A DNA stretch of 64,000 nt, from assembly GCA_027604505.1 (NCBI GenBank), contig JADIIX010000053.1, positions 1 through 64,000 on the forward strand. Reading direction: 5' to 3'. This stretch comes from Gonapodya sp. JEL0774 (taxonomy: Eukaryota). The notes below the pieces were generated by a model. It saw nothing but the letters and a program-made list of their open reading frames with translations, searched no databases and was not told the DNA's origin. Each line of letters starts with the position of its first letter. The first letter of the stretch is position 1. Below are positions 37,690-51,110 of the stretch, one piece after another. Both the position numbers and the translations under genes were made by a program.

Positions 37690-39114
37690 ATGAGTCCGCA
37701 AGAAAACAGTGATGCTGTAAACAGCATCGTCGGTGAGTTTGCCATTCCTCCGTGGATTCGGCATCGAGTTGTCTGTCGTTCACACATTTCAATCCCGTGA
37801 TGGCTGGTTTTCTTCTTTGATATCCGAACTTCCGAATCCTATCATCAACCAAGCGTAGTGGGCGTTGGCGCTCTCGGTGTGGTTTATGGATCTTCTTTGC
37901 ATCAGCCAGAATCCTCCCCACAATCTCTTGTGTCCACCGTTCTTCGATCCGAGTACGAGGCAGTCGTAGCGAAAGGAGGGTTTACCATCCGATCTATAGG
38001 ACAAAATGGTGCTTCCAACCGCGAGTGGAAGCCCCACAAGATGTTTCGCGATTCTGCAGAGGCGTCAAACTCCGGAATAATATGGGATTACGTCATTGTC
38101 TGCTCAAAATGCCTACCGGACCAGTACTCTACCGCAGATCTTTGTGCTCCACTAATCACAGCAGGTCGGACCACTGTGATTCTGGTGCAGAATGGTTTGG
38201 GAGTGGAACGAGAGATAGCCCTACGTTTCCCAAGAACTCCCGTGGCTGCAGCGTCTGCTTACATATCAGCCGCCCGCAGTGAGCTTGAACCCGGGGTCAC
38301 CATTGTGAAAGTGAACCAAGGTTTACCTGTGGGATTGTACCGTGGGGAGGACATTGTCAGTGGCCCTTCCTACAGCCTCCCGCAAGGCGCGGAGGAAAAA
38401 GTTCAGCGTGTGGTGCAGCTTTGGAATAAAGGAGGGTGAGTGATCATAGGGGCTGATTGCACTCCATAACTTCTATTGAATGAATACTATGGATTCCCAA
38501 GCACCCGAGCCTCTTATGTACTTGATAACGAGCCAGTCCGCTGGGCGAAATTGTTTCTGTGCGTGTTTTCTGTTGCTATGCGTGTTCGAAAGATTTGTTG
38601 AGGTTGTCTCGCTGTCGTAGGAATGCTACTTTCGGTCCTCTCAGTATTCTGGCTGGCTGCTTGGATACCCATGAACTACTTGCGAATCCGGGCATGAGAG
38701 CAGTATTTGTTGCGCACCAAGAGGAGCTGGAGCGAGCAGCAGAAGCGGTGCTTGGTAAAAGGAGATTCGAAGAGCAGGTCAAACGAACAGCATATTACCG
38801 AACAGCGATGGAGAGAATTGTGAGTTCACCAAAAGACTTTTTAATCCCTGAACTAAAGCGCCGATGCCCTTTGCTGTACACACGTTCCCTAGGCTGAATT
38901 CCAGCGCCTCCCTGCCATGTACTTCTCGTTGTGCAACGACTTCAAACTTGGTTACAACATAGAGCTTGAATGTATTCTAGGTGAACCTGTCCGCCAGGCT
39001 AAGTCGAGAGGGTATGATTGCCCACGTTTGGAGACGACTTACGAGCTTTTAAAAAGCGCTGCGGAACGAAGAACCAAAAAGCCCAATACTTCTGGTGGCA
39101 AAGCGGCACTCTAG
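37690..39114 (+). CDS. Ketopantoate reductase family (PanE/ApbA, Pan5-like)
   Basis: VGVGALG Rossmann motif, DYVIVCSK, LVQNGLGVE, RWAKLFL|NATFGPLS (catalytic Lys), ELECILGEPVR. Confidence 0.88.
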
Positions 39115-39191
39115 ATTTTGTTTGTAATTGTGAAGATCGTGTGCATGAATGATCCGGCCCGCAAACCGCTAGTGCACGGCCGATCCACTCA

Positions 39192-40866
39192 ATGGCAACT
39201 TCATCCACTCCGAAACCCCCGTTCACCACGCAACATTCATCAGCTTGTGCCGTGTTGGATGCGAGTGAGGTTGCCAGACCTTTCAGGTACAGAATCCTCT
39301 GTAACCCCGTGATCACAATGATTGACATCAAGTTTCCGATCAAACGGCGCTTCTTCTCTGATGCGTTGCATGAATTCAAAGAGATGAACTTAAATCTAAG
39401 GTTTCGTTGATGCAAGAGAAACCGCTGCTAGTGAGTGTTGAAATTATTTGAACAAACCACCTCCCACGACGATTCCTCGTTGAAACGATCAGCATGCAGG
39501 TTGGATTCCTCGGGAATGATGATCCCGCCGCCAGGAAGTATGCAAAGTGGACAGCAAGTGAGGATGCGGTTGACCATCCGGCCACTCAGTACAGGACCTT
39601 TTTTTCAACTGCTAACTTCACCCGTTTTCCTAGAATCTTGTGCTGAGGTTGGCATTCGATTTGAGCTCCGAGAAGTTCCTCGCGTCGAATTAGAGGACCG
39701 AATCATTGATGCCAATGTGGACCCCACCGTCCATGGTATCATGGTATACTACCCTTGCTTCGGGCCGTCGGTGAGTGAGCTGAGCTGTTTCTTCCATTCT
39801 AGGACCACAACTTATTGTAGTGAGACGAAAATGCCTATGAAGATCGACCAATACCTTCAGAATGTGGTGGCGAAGGAAAAGGATGTCGAAGGTCTCAACT
39901 TCCAATTTCGATATAATAGTGAGCATCTCTCGCGTTGAACCTGCAGTAAATGCTCGTAATAATTGCTCATCGTTGAGTGACTTTTGCGTCTGTCACCGCG
40001 AAGTGTATCACAACATTCGGTTTCTCGACAAAGATGAGAAGCTCAAATCCACTCTGCCCTGCACGCCGTTAGCTGTAGTGAAAGTAAGGATTCTTTTTGC
40101 TTTCGTTGAGGACTTGGTTTGTCCTCCGACCGTACTTTGGAAAGATCCTCGAGCATGTTGCGGTATACAACCCCAAACTTCCCTTCGGTAATCGGCTTCA
40201 TGGTAAGCACATCTGTGTCATCAACAGGAGCGAAGTAGTAGGGCGGCCTTTGGCAGCTATGTTGGCAAACGATGGCGCCAAAGTGTGGAGCATAGATATC
40301 GACAACGTCCTCATTTTTAGCAGTAAGTGCCAACAAGTAGTCTATTCGCTGAATGATATCAAGTCACGATCTTCACCCTTTCCATGGCAGGGGGCGTTGG
40401 TCTGAAGAACCGGGATCACAAGGTTAGCGCTATATCCTTGTCACTGAGGATTGGATTGCTGAGTTTTCAAAGCGCAACTCAAAATTCACAATTCCTTTCG
40501 GGTGCTTTTTCCAGGTTTCTGAATGTGCCCAAAGTCGGGAAGATGTGCTTCCGCTTTGTGACGTGGTTATTAGTGGTGTGCCATCGCAGACATACAAGAT
40601 TCCCACAGCCCTTCTTAAAGAGGGAGTTGTTGCCATCAGTGAGATCGTCTGCCAGTTTTCTGGTCCTGTTCGAGATTGACACCAGCTCTCCCACGTTTTA
40701 CACAGACTTCTCTTCTGCAGAAAATTTTGAGTCTTCCGTTGTCGACAGAGCATCGTTTTATGTAGGCAGTGTTGGCAAAGTCACGGTAGCCATGCTTGAA
40801 CGAAACCTTGTGAGAAGTGTTGAGTACCAGTTGGATATGAAATCAATGGTGGCGGCCAGAGTATGA
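39192..40866 (+). CDS. MTD1: NAD-dependent methylenetetrahydrofolate dehydrogenase
   Basis: GFLGNDDPAARKYAKWT, VHGIMVYYP, DQYLQ..EKDVEGL, LPCTPLAVVK, NRLHGK..VINRSEVVGRPLAAMLANDGA, VGKVTVAML.RNL. Confidence 0.93.
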
Positions 40867-41741
40867 GAAGACACAAACCAACGTTGCAAATTGGTCGGAA
40901 TTCCAACGTTTAGTGTAATTACAACCTTTCCACTGAAATGATTTTAGAATAAATATTGTTTTCTTCTAAGTGGCGGCACTCTTCTTTTTTTTGTGTGAGT
41001 GTGAGTGAGAGAGACGAAACTGATGGGGTCACAACGCAATCATGTCAAAAAAAGACGTTCTCGCAGGGGCACCGCCCGAAAACGCCTCAAAACATCCGAC
41101 ATATTTCGCAGAAGAAGGCGATTGTGCGAATGAAGGACCCGAAAGGGCTGAGAAACCGAACAACCACACATATCTTTATTTCACCGCTCTATCACAAGGC
41201 TCAGAAGTACCCGCAACCGCAGAGAATAGTCTCGTCGTCTCGGAGCCAATGGGCACAGCACCCCGACTCGCTTTTATAGATTCATGGGAGGGCGAAGACT
41301 TGCACGGTCGTAAGAAGAGCAGTCTGAGCAAGGAGACACCACTCCCGTGATCCTGATATTGGAGAGGAAACTATGGGAGAAAGTGAGGCAATGAAACAAG
41401 GAGTGAGTTTATTATTATGAAAAGGTTTGACTTTTGCTTTTTCTCGTTTGAGAGGTCCAAATCTTAGATCAAAATGAATGACAAAGAGGCACAAAGGGAA
41501 GCTCTAGAAGTAGCTGCTAAATAATGGAGATGGTGGATGTGTCTGTCGGAAATTAGGCGACCACAAGAATACAAATCAAATGAGAATGGCAGTGACAGTT
41601 CGTTTGTGAGACGATCAGGTACACGCCCCCATCCATCGTTCCTCACCGTCCTAAAACAGGGGAACTCTAAATGTCTCCGTGTCACGCCACTCGCCACTTC
41701 CGGAAATCAATCGCAACCAGCAGAGATTTATTATCTCGTCG

Positions 41742-43444
41742 ATGATGCCTCGTGATGATGCTCTCTGCTCATGCAAACTAGCTTTAATTGGGGCAGTTGT
41801 CACACTCTTGATGCTCGGTCGTGACCACTGCTGCTATGCGCAAAACGTGTTGGACGTTCTTCGCGGTGTACAAGCAGGTAACTCAAATAAGACCACCTTC
41901 AAGGTGAGAATCGCAGCGATAATCGATGATGGTATCTCAGTCTTGCTTTCGTGTTTCGTCAGATTGGAAAGTTTGTGCAAAGTCTTTCCAACACACCATC
42001 AGTTGTATCGATTTTGAGAGGGCAAACGTTTGATGGAATCATCACGGTTTTTGCCCCAGTTGACGAGGTGTGGGATGCGTCCAATTTTTACTCTCTGGAC
42101 AATACCACATTGACTCAATTGCTTGAGTGAGGACCGCGCTGCAGTACTTTCGAGAGTTGGGAACTCATACTGAGATCATGCTTTTATCACAAGGTATCAT
42201 ATTTCCTACCGAGATGTAAACTACGTACTGCTTCCGAACTCTCCTGCGCTTGTCCCGATGTTCGCGGGTCGATCATCCGTCGCCGCGCCATATCCGTCCT
42301 GGCTATATGTTCACAATGGATTCACGCGGACAAAGCTAATGGCAAACGTTAGCTCGGTAGGAGGACCACCATTTTCGGCGACTGTTACCCCACTTGATGC
42401 CTTCTTCACAGAGTAAGTGAGATTGATCTGTTCAACTCATCAAGAATGGCCGTTTGACAGAAACCGTTCTTCTTAGTAACGCCCTTGTTTATGTTATACC
42501 CGCTCCTCTAATACCCCCACTTACGTTTTCGTTGGTGTTGCGGTCACTCCCTGAGACCTCACGTTTTCTTCAAGTCCTCCGTTCGTTCGACGGAACAGGA
42601 GCGCTTATGCGTTCGCTGGATGCCCTTCAATACCCGGGAGCTACGTTTTTTGTTCCTACCGACGATGCCATTTCGAAGTTCGGAGGCTCATCATGGCAAC
42701 CTTCCAATTCTGCACTCGGCGATGCAATCAAGCTACACGTGGTTACTTCCACAGCACGTCCTCTCTATGCTGGGCGACAAGCCGAGCCCATAAAGAATGG
42801 ACCGTTCACTGAAGGTCTTGAAGGCCGAGCCGGAGTGAACGCAATGCATCAAACTATGGCGTGAGGACACCGATCAGCAAACTCTGCAGTGCTTATGTCT
42901 GTCTTCCCTAACCCTTTCACCAAACTTACAGAAATGTCCCGATCATTATTACGAGTCAAAGCGATGGTCTCTATATTGACGGGGTTTCCAAGATCGTGCG
43001 GACGGATATTCTTTGCGCGCAAGGCGTTGTTAGTATGCACGTAGGGTTCTAGATCCGACAACAGTTCCTTCTCACCTATCATTGCGCCAGATTCACCTCA
43101 TCTCCCGTCCTCTTGGTGGTGTTGGCAACAGCTTGTCCTTGCCAATAGAAGGGTCACTCCCCGCTTCTTTACCCTCCAATCCATTCGCAACAAATGCTCC
43201 TCCACATAGTACAACACATCAGAGTTCCACTCGATCTCAGTCATCGATTGATGCAATGGCGACAGGACTGCTGGGTGACCAGGTTGCCTCCGCGGCAGTG
43301 GCCTCCCCCGCAACAACGCCGAGCATCACCCCGTCGCCACCTCGCAGCGGAGCAACAGAGAGAAGATCCCTAACGGATATTTATATCACAATTCTTATTG
43401 TTTTTCTATCTGCGGGCGTTACTGTGATCTGTCACAGTATGTGA
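41742..43444 (+). CDS. Fasciclin (FAS1) domain cell-surface protein, probable signal peptide and GPI anchor (copy A)
   Basis: ITVFAPVDE..YHI, NALVYVI, ATFFVPTDDA..LHVV, DILCAQGV|IHLIS, S/T tail, hydrophobic C-terminus. Confidence 0.8.
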
Positions 43445-43616
43445 TAACTGCGTCCATTTGCGAACTCGTACTACATATCCTTCAAATTGAAAATAATATC
43501 ATAGTTTGCATGACCACAATATATTGAAGTACATTTGTCACACGTCGTCATCCTCATCCCAACATGAGCTGCTCCTCGACACACGACCAATAGACGATCG
43601 CTCAACGATGGGGACT

Positions 43617-45553
43617 TCAGCATCTGAGACTGGAAGTGGCTCTGATGCGAACCATGGATGGAGGAGGGCCTGAAAGATTGGGGAGTTCGGATGGGAATCG
43701 AGGGGCACTACAATACTTCCAATCGTTCAATACACTCACCTCACTCGCCTCGAGTCCACCACTGTATTGAAGGAGTTTGTTCAAAAGATTTCGCGCCTCT
43801 GCTGACGCTTGCGGTAGAATACTTTCCATCGGGTCGGTTGGGCGAGTGGAATACGCGAAAGCAATCTTGTCATAATCAGGACAAGATGAAAGTTCCTATC
43901 ATACAATGAAATTAAATTTCAGCCACGACGTGTCCCTGTTTGACTTTCAGTTGTGCACATGCCCCCCCTTAAACTCACCGCCCAACCTTCTTCGCCCTCC
44001 CTTGGCCACCCCAAGCACCCAACAATCCTGGCAAGCTGGTCAATATCAGACGCGCCAGGAAACAGTGGACGGCCAAGCAGAAGCTCCGCCATTACGCAGC
44101 CCGCGGACCAGAGATCACATGACGGGGTGTAGATCTGGGAGGAGAGGAGGAGAGATGGGGGTCGATACCATCTGCGAGAAAAGCATCGAGGATAGTAGAT
44201 GATGTGTAGATGATGTCACTTTGTTCAAATCAATGTCGTACACGGAATAAGATGTTAGACCTACCTAGTGGCCACCTGTGGTGTCATCCGACCACTTCGC
44301 CTGTCGCGTTCTGTCGGTTCCATAATGAGCGCAGGTCGTGAAGCTAAAGGCGATACATTTGGAAGATCTAAAGCGTCAGTCGCAGTCCAAGTAGGGTGAT
44401 AGGTTCGGCGGTATCGCCGGCGTGTTGGGGAGGTAATGTTGCGGGATGGAGGAGGCGGCTCAATGGGCGGGTGAGGAGCAGCTCGCTTGGCAGGAGTGAC
44501 TATGCGAGCGTTTGTGAACGATGTACCAGAGGGGAGCAGTGCGGTCAACAGACGGCGAGGAGATTTGGATTCGCGGAACGTTTTCGCAGGTTGTGTGGGT
44601 GTGGATCCGGTTGGTGAAGTCAACAGTTTGGCTTTGGGGCTGCTGCAGTGTTCCATCACTCTAAGTGTTGCATTCTGGGACAAAAGTTCATGATTATCCG
44701 AGTCCAGCTTGACCTGTATCTGGTTCCGTTGAGTTTCACGAATCGTCTCAGAGATTTTTTCAGAGTCAACATCTTTTCTCCGTTCATAGACTCTCGAAAG
44801 ACCAAAATCGCCGATTTGCACGGCCCCATCTGGGCCTAACAGGATGTTTGCGGGCTTGATATCTCTATGGACGATTGCTCGCTTGTGCATATGCTCTAGA
44901 CCTCGCAAAAGTCCCCGGACAATGGACTTAGCCAATCCTTCAGAAAGACCAGGATGGGCGGATATGAGAAGCGCGAGGTCCGAAGGACAGTGATCGAGAA
45001 CGAGAGTGAGGGAAGTCGGCGGGGTGGCGTGCACAGAGTGCAAGCGGAGGATCTGCAAGTTTAGAAAGCCAGAATATTGACCATTAAGATGAAACTCTCC
45101 ATTGCGCCGCGCAAAAATTTTCTTTCATTCGATTGCCTCCCATGGTGAGACGATGCTCAGTCTCGAGGATCCCAAGGGTGAGATGAATGAGCACCACGAA
45201 GATGCGTACAGATTGTGCAAGCATCGAGGAGATTGTGGTAAACTCGGTGCGCACAACTCAAGTTTCCTGATTCTTTCTTACATGGGTCCGTGGACCCGAT
45301 GAGCAGAGCTCACATTCGGATGGTTCAAGGACCGGAGCGCTTCCAACTCTCGGATTAGGTACAGTGGCAGCGGTGGTGCCTTTCCAGCGTTAGTACGACC
45401 TTCGTCAGAGTCGGCGTGCGGTAGATATGCGGCGATTGGAACCGTCTTGAGCGCGACATCACAACCTGACGCCAAGTCCACTGCACGCGCGACGGAGCCG
45501 TGGATTCCATCGCCAATGCGAGCGGTTTCTACAAAGCGGGTGGCCGTGTTCAT
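43617..45553 (-). CDS. CDK20: CDK20/CCRK-like cyclin-dependent kinase with a very long activation-segment insert (3' end may be further spliced)
   Basis: IGDGIHG (CDK20 has GEGAHG), VALK, LIRELEALRSLNHPN, HRDIKPANILL, DFG, TPQVATR|WYRPP, PLFPGASDIDQL, PDYDKIAF. Confidence 0.8.
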
Positions 45554-45689
45554 TGATTCATCTGCATTCTTCCAGTGATAAAATGGAGAAGCAACTCATG
45601 ACACACGCTGTGCTACGAAAAAGGGAACAGCCGCGAACACAATCACCAGTTTATCCGCTAGATTTAGACATTCAAAAGTCAATGTAGCA

Positions 45690-47270
45690 TCGTTTTTTTG
45701 CAAGAGGTACAGCAATAATTGCTGTCTGGCAAAGGCCTGTGTCATCGTGGCCACTCAAATATCTCTCGCCAACTCCGTCTGCATTTCTTCTTCCTCGGTG
45801 ATTTTCTGGGAGGTAATGTCTTCTGGCCCAATAATTTTTTCGTCTGACCTGCCTGACTCTCGCGCCCCGCTCGCATCGACGGATTTCTTCTGAAACTTCT
45901 TCTTGATTTCTCCATTCTCAAGCCACTACTCGATAGTTTTGCCGAAATGTCCCGTCAACATTTCGACATGCCCCGATGGCTCCTTGGGGTACAAACCCTT
46001 GCGAATGCCCGTGATCTCTTCAACCGTAAGAGCGGCTTCGGAGGACGTCCGGCGCGTGAGGAGTTCCCGGAGTCTCTCTCCAGTAGCCATGTCTTCTGTT
46101 GACTTCACACGGGTTGGTCTGTCCAGGGCGTGAGTGAATACCAAAGCAAGCTTGTTAGCGTTGTATGCCTTAAGAGAAAGTGGAAACAAGTCGGATTGAG
46201 AAAAGCTTGATCAGGTTAATATAATCGCTGTCAAGACGCCTGTCACGTACGGTATTTCCTGTGAGGGTGAGCTCTCCTCGGTACTTTTGGAAGTTGGTAG
46301 CCAGGTGGAGCAGTGCGAGCAACGGTGGACTTCGATGAGGTTGAAGGAATCGGTAGGCCCAATGGCAAAATGTAGAGCCCTCTCGGAGACATCTAAGCGA
46401 GATGGAGCTGAGATCAATCATGTAATTGTGTGGGAAGAACTTGTGATCGCAGTTCTAGTCACCATCTTCCATCAACCACTCCAACTTCTCGATCAGGAAC
46501 CCCAAGCGGACCACCGCCCAGCCGTCTCTTTTCTCGCCCTCAATATCGACCAAAAAGCTTTTGACCGCGTTCTCAATCCCAATTAACCTGAGCACTTCCG
46601 AGGCGTTCGGCTTGGCTGTCTCAGACATGTCTTCATTCGAGATCGCCATGCAAAGCCAATTGGTAACGGTGATGACTTCCAAGACACCCATATATCGATC
46701 GCCCTGGACCTTTGTCCGATCACGGGACTCCCTGGCTGATGTGACCCATCTCGTCGCGTCAACGGATGTGTTTTGATGACCCGCAATCAGGAGAAGTGTG
46801 TCAATGGACAAGGTCTGCAAGAGCGCTACAGTTTTCGATCCGGTGTGCGTAGAGACCACAGGAAGGATGTGGATAGATTCTGGAGGCAGAGAACCGTGGC
46901 TCCCAAGGTTTTCAAACCCCAAGATTACACAACGAAGTGGCAATTTTGTAAGAAGTTGTCAGGACACTACCTTTCTCTATTGAATTCCTTACAACGATGG
47001 AAGTTTCAAATGCGGCATTGTGTGGCTACTATATTGTAGAAAGAAGATCTGAAGATCTGAAAGGGAGAGCACCAGATCACAAGATCTTATAAGACGCAAA
47101 ACACTCACAGACTGCAGTACATTGAGAAGATGAGCGCCTGGAGTAAATAGCCGACGTTTTGAGTTCCCCGGGAAATCGATGACGTCACACAATGCAACGC
47201 ACGAAGCTCACCGATGAGCGTATCTACTCCAGTAGCGATAAGTAGCTTGGTTTTGGCGCGCATCGGTTAG
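45690..47270 (-). pseudogene. Possible decayed gene of unknown family
   Basis: Protein-like segments 46943-46455, 46417-46211 and 46189-45926; the last two share a frame interrupted by single stops; no recognisable motif. Confidence 0.25.
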
Positions 47271-47441
47271 GGAGGTGTTAGCCGAGGGTTGTGATTTGTG
47301 TTGGCGTGTTCTGTTAGTTCCCATAAATCCCATTGACACTCTCAATAAATTAGATTTCAATAGCTCATATAAATTCATCAGCTGGTATTTAGCAAAATAG
47401 TGATGACGGGCGATAATTTTGTCAACACGTCGAATACAAGC

Positions 47442-48186
47442 TCAAATCTCTTTCTCATTCATTCCACCCTGGTCCTTGGTCCAGCTGAACCCATACTGAG
47501 CTCCTCGAGGAATCTGGTAGCTTTGCATTTTTTCAAGTAAGGCTTCTACGTCTTGTTCCACAATTATCAAGTTCCGACCAGCTGCCCTCACGAAACCCTC
47601 TTCCACGGCATTGTCTACCATAGTAATCAGATGGTCAAAATAGCCCCGCGTGTTTAAAAGGCCTATTGGCTTTGTGTGGATATTCAATTGTGCCCAAGTG
47701 AGTGCTTCGAACAGCTCGTCGAAGGTTCCGAAGCCTCCCGGCAGAGTGATGAACCCGTCACAGTGGTGGTTGAGGAGTCTGCGTACGAATTCACGTAATC
47801 CCAAGAAAGCATAAAGTGAGGCTGCTTCTGGTGTGCTTGAACGTCAAGAGTGCTCACTGCTTCCGCTCGTGCATTGTTTTAACCACAATTTCCTCCACAC
47901 CAGGTATAGTCTCCCTGCCAGATCCTTCGATCGTCTTCATCGCTTCCGGAATGATTCCGAGAACGCTCCCTCCGTTATCTATTACGGATTTTGCAATTTC
48001 ACCCATCAAGCCCACGTTCCCTCCACCATACACCAGCTTTATACCGTGTCGAGCAAAGCAAGAACCAAGTTCTCTTGCAGATTGAAGATATTGTGGGGAT
48101 CGGCCGGGACTGGAGCCACAAAAAACTGTTATGGCTGTGATTGACATTTGGACTGAAAGCGAATTGGAATTGTTGGATGTTTCCAT
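47442..48186 (-). CDS. LOG: LOG-family nucleotide phosphoribohydrolase (cytokinin-activating LONELY GUY-like)
   Basis: ITVFCGSSPG, LVYGGGNVGLMG, MHERKQ, LPGGFGTFDEL, TWAQLNIHTKPIGLLN. Confidence 0.92.
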
Positions 48187-48377
48187 AATTTCGCTCGTGA
48201 ATCTGCGTGCAGTTGGAGAGAGTATTCCTGCAGTACGTAAAGAGACCGGAGACAGTTCAATACACTGAGAGAGATGAAAGTTGTGGGAGAGGAGGTGCTT
48301 TGGTTGCATGTCGGTTAGTCCCCTCGACAACATTGCCTTGGAAATACCTGGACACCAACCGCGACCCACCTTGAGCA

Positions 48378-49305
48378 ATGGCGCTTGACCCCGACTCACC
48401 AAACTTCAACGTCGACTTCTATTTGAAGAAGCAGACGACGGAATGGGTTCAGGACTCGGAAGTCGACCGCATTCTCCAATGCTCTCCGCTGGATCCGTTT
48501 CAAATATTGGAGCTGGACGTCTACTCGCGAGCACTTACCGAACATCAGATGAAGTTTGAGGACCGGTTTCCTCAAGAGAAAGACATCAAAGCATCTTGTG
48601 AGTGGGACATCATACTTTGAATTAAAGAATCACACTACGAAGAGTGGTAGATCCTCATAACACGATTCACCTGGCTGCACATTGATGGTCGGTAAGACCG
48701 AGAAGTCGTGCGCTATTCTATCATGGACCTGTTTGTCGAAGGAACCCTCAGTTTGATGTTCCCCTAAGCGTTTCGGTTTATGATCCTATCACTGACATTA
48801 ACATCACTTTTACAACGTAATAGACCGAAAAAAGTCTCTCCTCCTTCATCCGGACAAGTGCAAACACCCGGAAACCTCCAAGGCCTTTGATGCTCTTAAG
48901 AAGGCTGAGCAGCAACTATGTGATGTGGAGAAGCGTCGTGACCTTATTGTAATCCTTGATGAAGCAGCACGCGAAGCTCAGAGGGCAGCTGGACCCGCCG
49001 CCCCTGGAGTGAAACCGGGAATTGGTTCCTCTTCTTCTGGTGGCCCCACAAATCCTTCCCTTAAAACCCTCGTCCGCTCCCGCTTCCTGCGCCTCCTTTC
49101 ATCATCGCAGTCTCGGTCAGCTTCGTTGCTTGCGTCAAACTTGGAACGAGAACGGAAGCAGAAGGAGGAAGCGGAAAACGAGCTCAAGAGGAAGCGACAG
49201 CACGATAAGGACTGGGAGGAGACGAGAGAAAAGCGTGTGGACAGTTGGAGATCATTTCAGAAGAAAGGAAAGTCTGGTGGCGGTCTCAAGAAGCTCAAGA
49301 CGTAG
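48378..49305 (+). CDS. DNAJC8: J-domain protein DNAJC8/Spf31
   Basis: EVDRIL..LDPFQIL, Y|RKKSLLLHPDK, AFDALKKA, KDWEETREKRVDSWRSF. Confidence 0.88.
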
Positions 49306-49546
49306 GCACCGGAACGCATATGATTTTTGGGTACTCTGCAGCGTTCCTGGGGTCACGAATGAACCTTGGGAGTGTCAATTGAGGATGTCGCCATTCTACA
49401 GGAAGATAGTGTGGTTTCTTCCGACAAGTTTTGTCGAGATGAGCGATAGATTCGGGGGTGTAGGCAATTGTATATAACGTCTGAGACATTTCGTACTGGT
49501 AGACATATGGAGGAAAACGATAAAATTCCACTCTGCCATCACCATC

Positions 49547-51110
49547 ATGTCACGCGATAGAAAGCTATTCTCATCCACTAATCCTGACCACAAGTTTGGC
49601 ACGCGCATTCTTCAGGATCCGGGCCGTGTGTTCGAGCAAAACGCGTGGGATCATGCTGATTGGACTCCTGAACAGGAGGCGATGGCAAGGAAGGTGGTAG
49701 ATGGGCAGGTCAAGGATAAAGAAAAACTCCGGCAAGCGCAAGGTCCTGATTCGGGTGAGAGATCCTTACAAGATCTGACGTAGCATCTCAATTACCGACT
49801 TCTTGTCTTGTTCTCCAACGGGCATTCACAGAGCTCCCACCTCCCTGCCTCCCTTGGAACTCTTTCTACTCCCGTAATGAAAACCGTTTCTTCAAAGATC
49901 GCCATTGGCTGCCAGTGGAGTTCCCAGAACTTATTTCGTTACGAAACGGACGGAAACCTGCCAGCACTGTCGACTGGACTGCACCTGAAGAAGACGCAGA
50001 GAAGAAGTTAGACCTGCAGAACTGGCCTGAGCGGTTCAGAAGAGAGTTTGCAAAGCGGAAGAGGGAGCTTACGGCGGCTGAGAAATCAACTGACATTGCT
50101 GTACACCAGGACGATAGTTATGACCCCATTTTCCGGGTCCTCGAGTGTGGTTGTGGGACAGGAAGCACGGTGTTTCCCTTACTGGAGGATTGGTCACATA
50201 TAGAAGTGGATTTGAAGAGTACCGCATCTCAGAACGGAGGTGCGGAATTAGAACAAACCGTCCTCCACCCGGCTCCTACAGTTTATGTCAATGCCTGTGA
50301 TTTTGCGGAAACAGCGGTCGAGTTGGTGAAGGTGCGTCAATTCAGTTCACAGTACGACATCGTCACTTTGATCCCTCATGATTCGCTTTTTTATCGCTAT
50401 CAAAGTCTAACCCCGCATACTCTTTGTCGTCTTGTAACGCCTTCGTGTTTGGTGAGCTTTGGCGACATTGAATGACAGTTTTCTCCATCCCATTGTCTCT
50501 AACTACTCAGTCAGACCTTACCTCTCCAACCCCTATGCCACTCGAACCCGAAACGATCGACGTCGTAACATGTATCTTTGTGCTTAGTGCCCTTGATCCC
50601 TCTGATTGGAACAGGGCGGTGACCAACATCACACGGGTACGCATCAGCGATTTCGATTGATGAGTCCAGGTGGAACACTGAAAGATTTGTTTAGGTTTTA
50701 AGACCTGGTGGTGTGATTCTGTTTCGAGGTGAGGACTTTGGTGGAGTTAACCTGACGCGAACGCAGCTCAACCAATTGGCGCATTTCAGACTATGCTCGT
50801 TACGATCTCACGCAACTCCGCTTCAAAAGCAATCGATTGTTGAAAGACTCGCTGTACACTCGAGGTGATGGAACCATGGTTTACTTTTTCGCTGAATGTG
50901 AGGAATTCTGTATCGCTTCGCAATTCTGTGGGAGGCAGTATTCAGATAACTGTCTTATTCTTTGATTCATAAGCCGAGCTCCCTACTCTATTCCCCAGTT
51001 CACAGTTTGCCATTGAGCACGCCGCGGTGGACCGCCGTTTGATGGTGAACAGAGGAAAACAATTAAAGATGTACAGGTGCTGGCTTCAAGCGAAAATACG
51101 AAAATTGTAG
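49547..51110 (+). CDS. METTL2: tRNA m3C methyltransferase (METTL2/Trm140 family)
   Basis: [82 protein letters not shown]. Confidence 0.92.

Noticed and set aside
40956..41523. ORFs 40956-41279 and 41042-41350
   Set aside because: No family similarity recognised; cannot be supported as a gene
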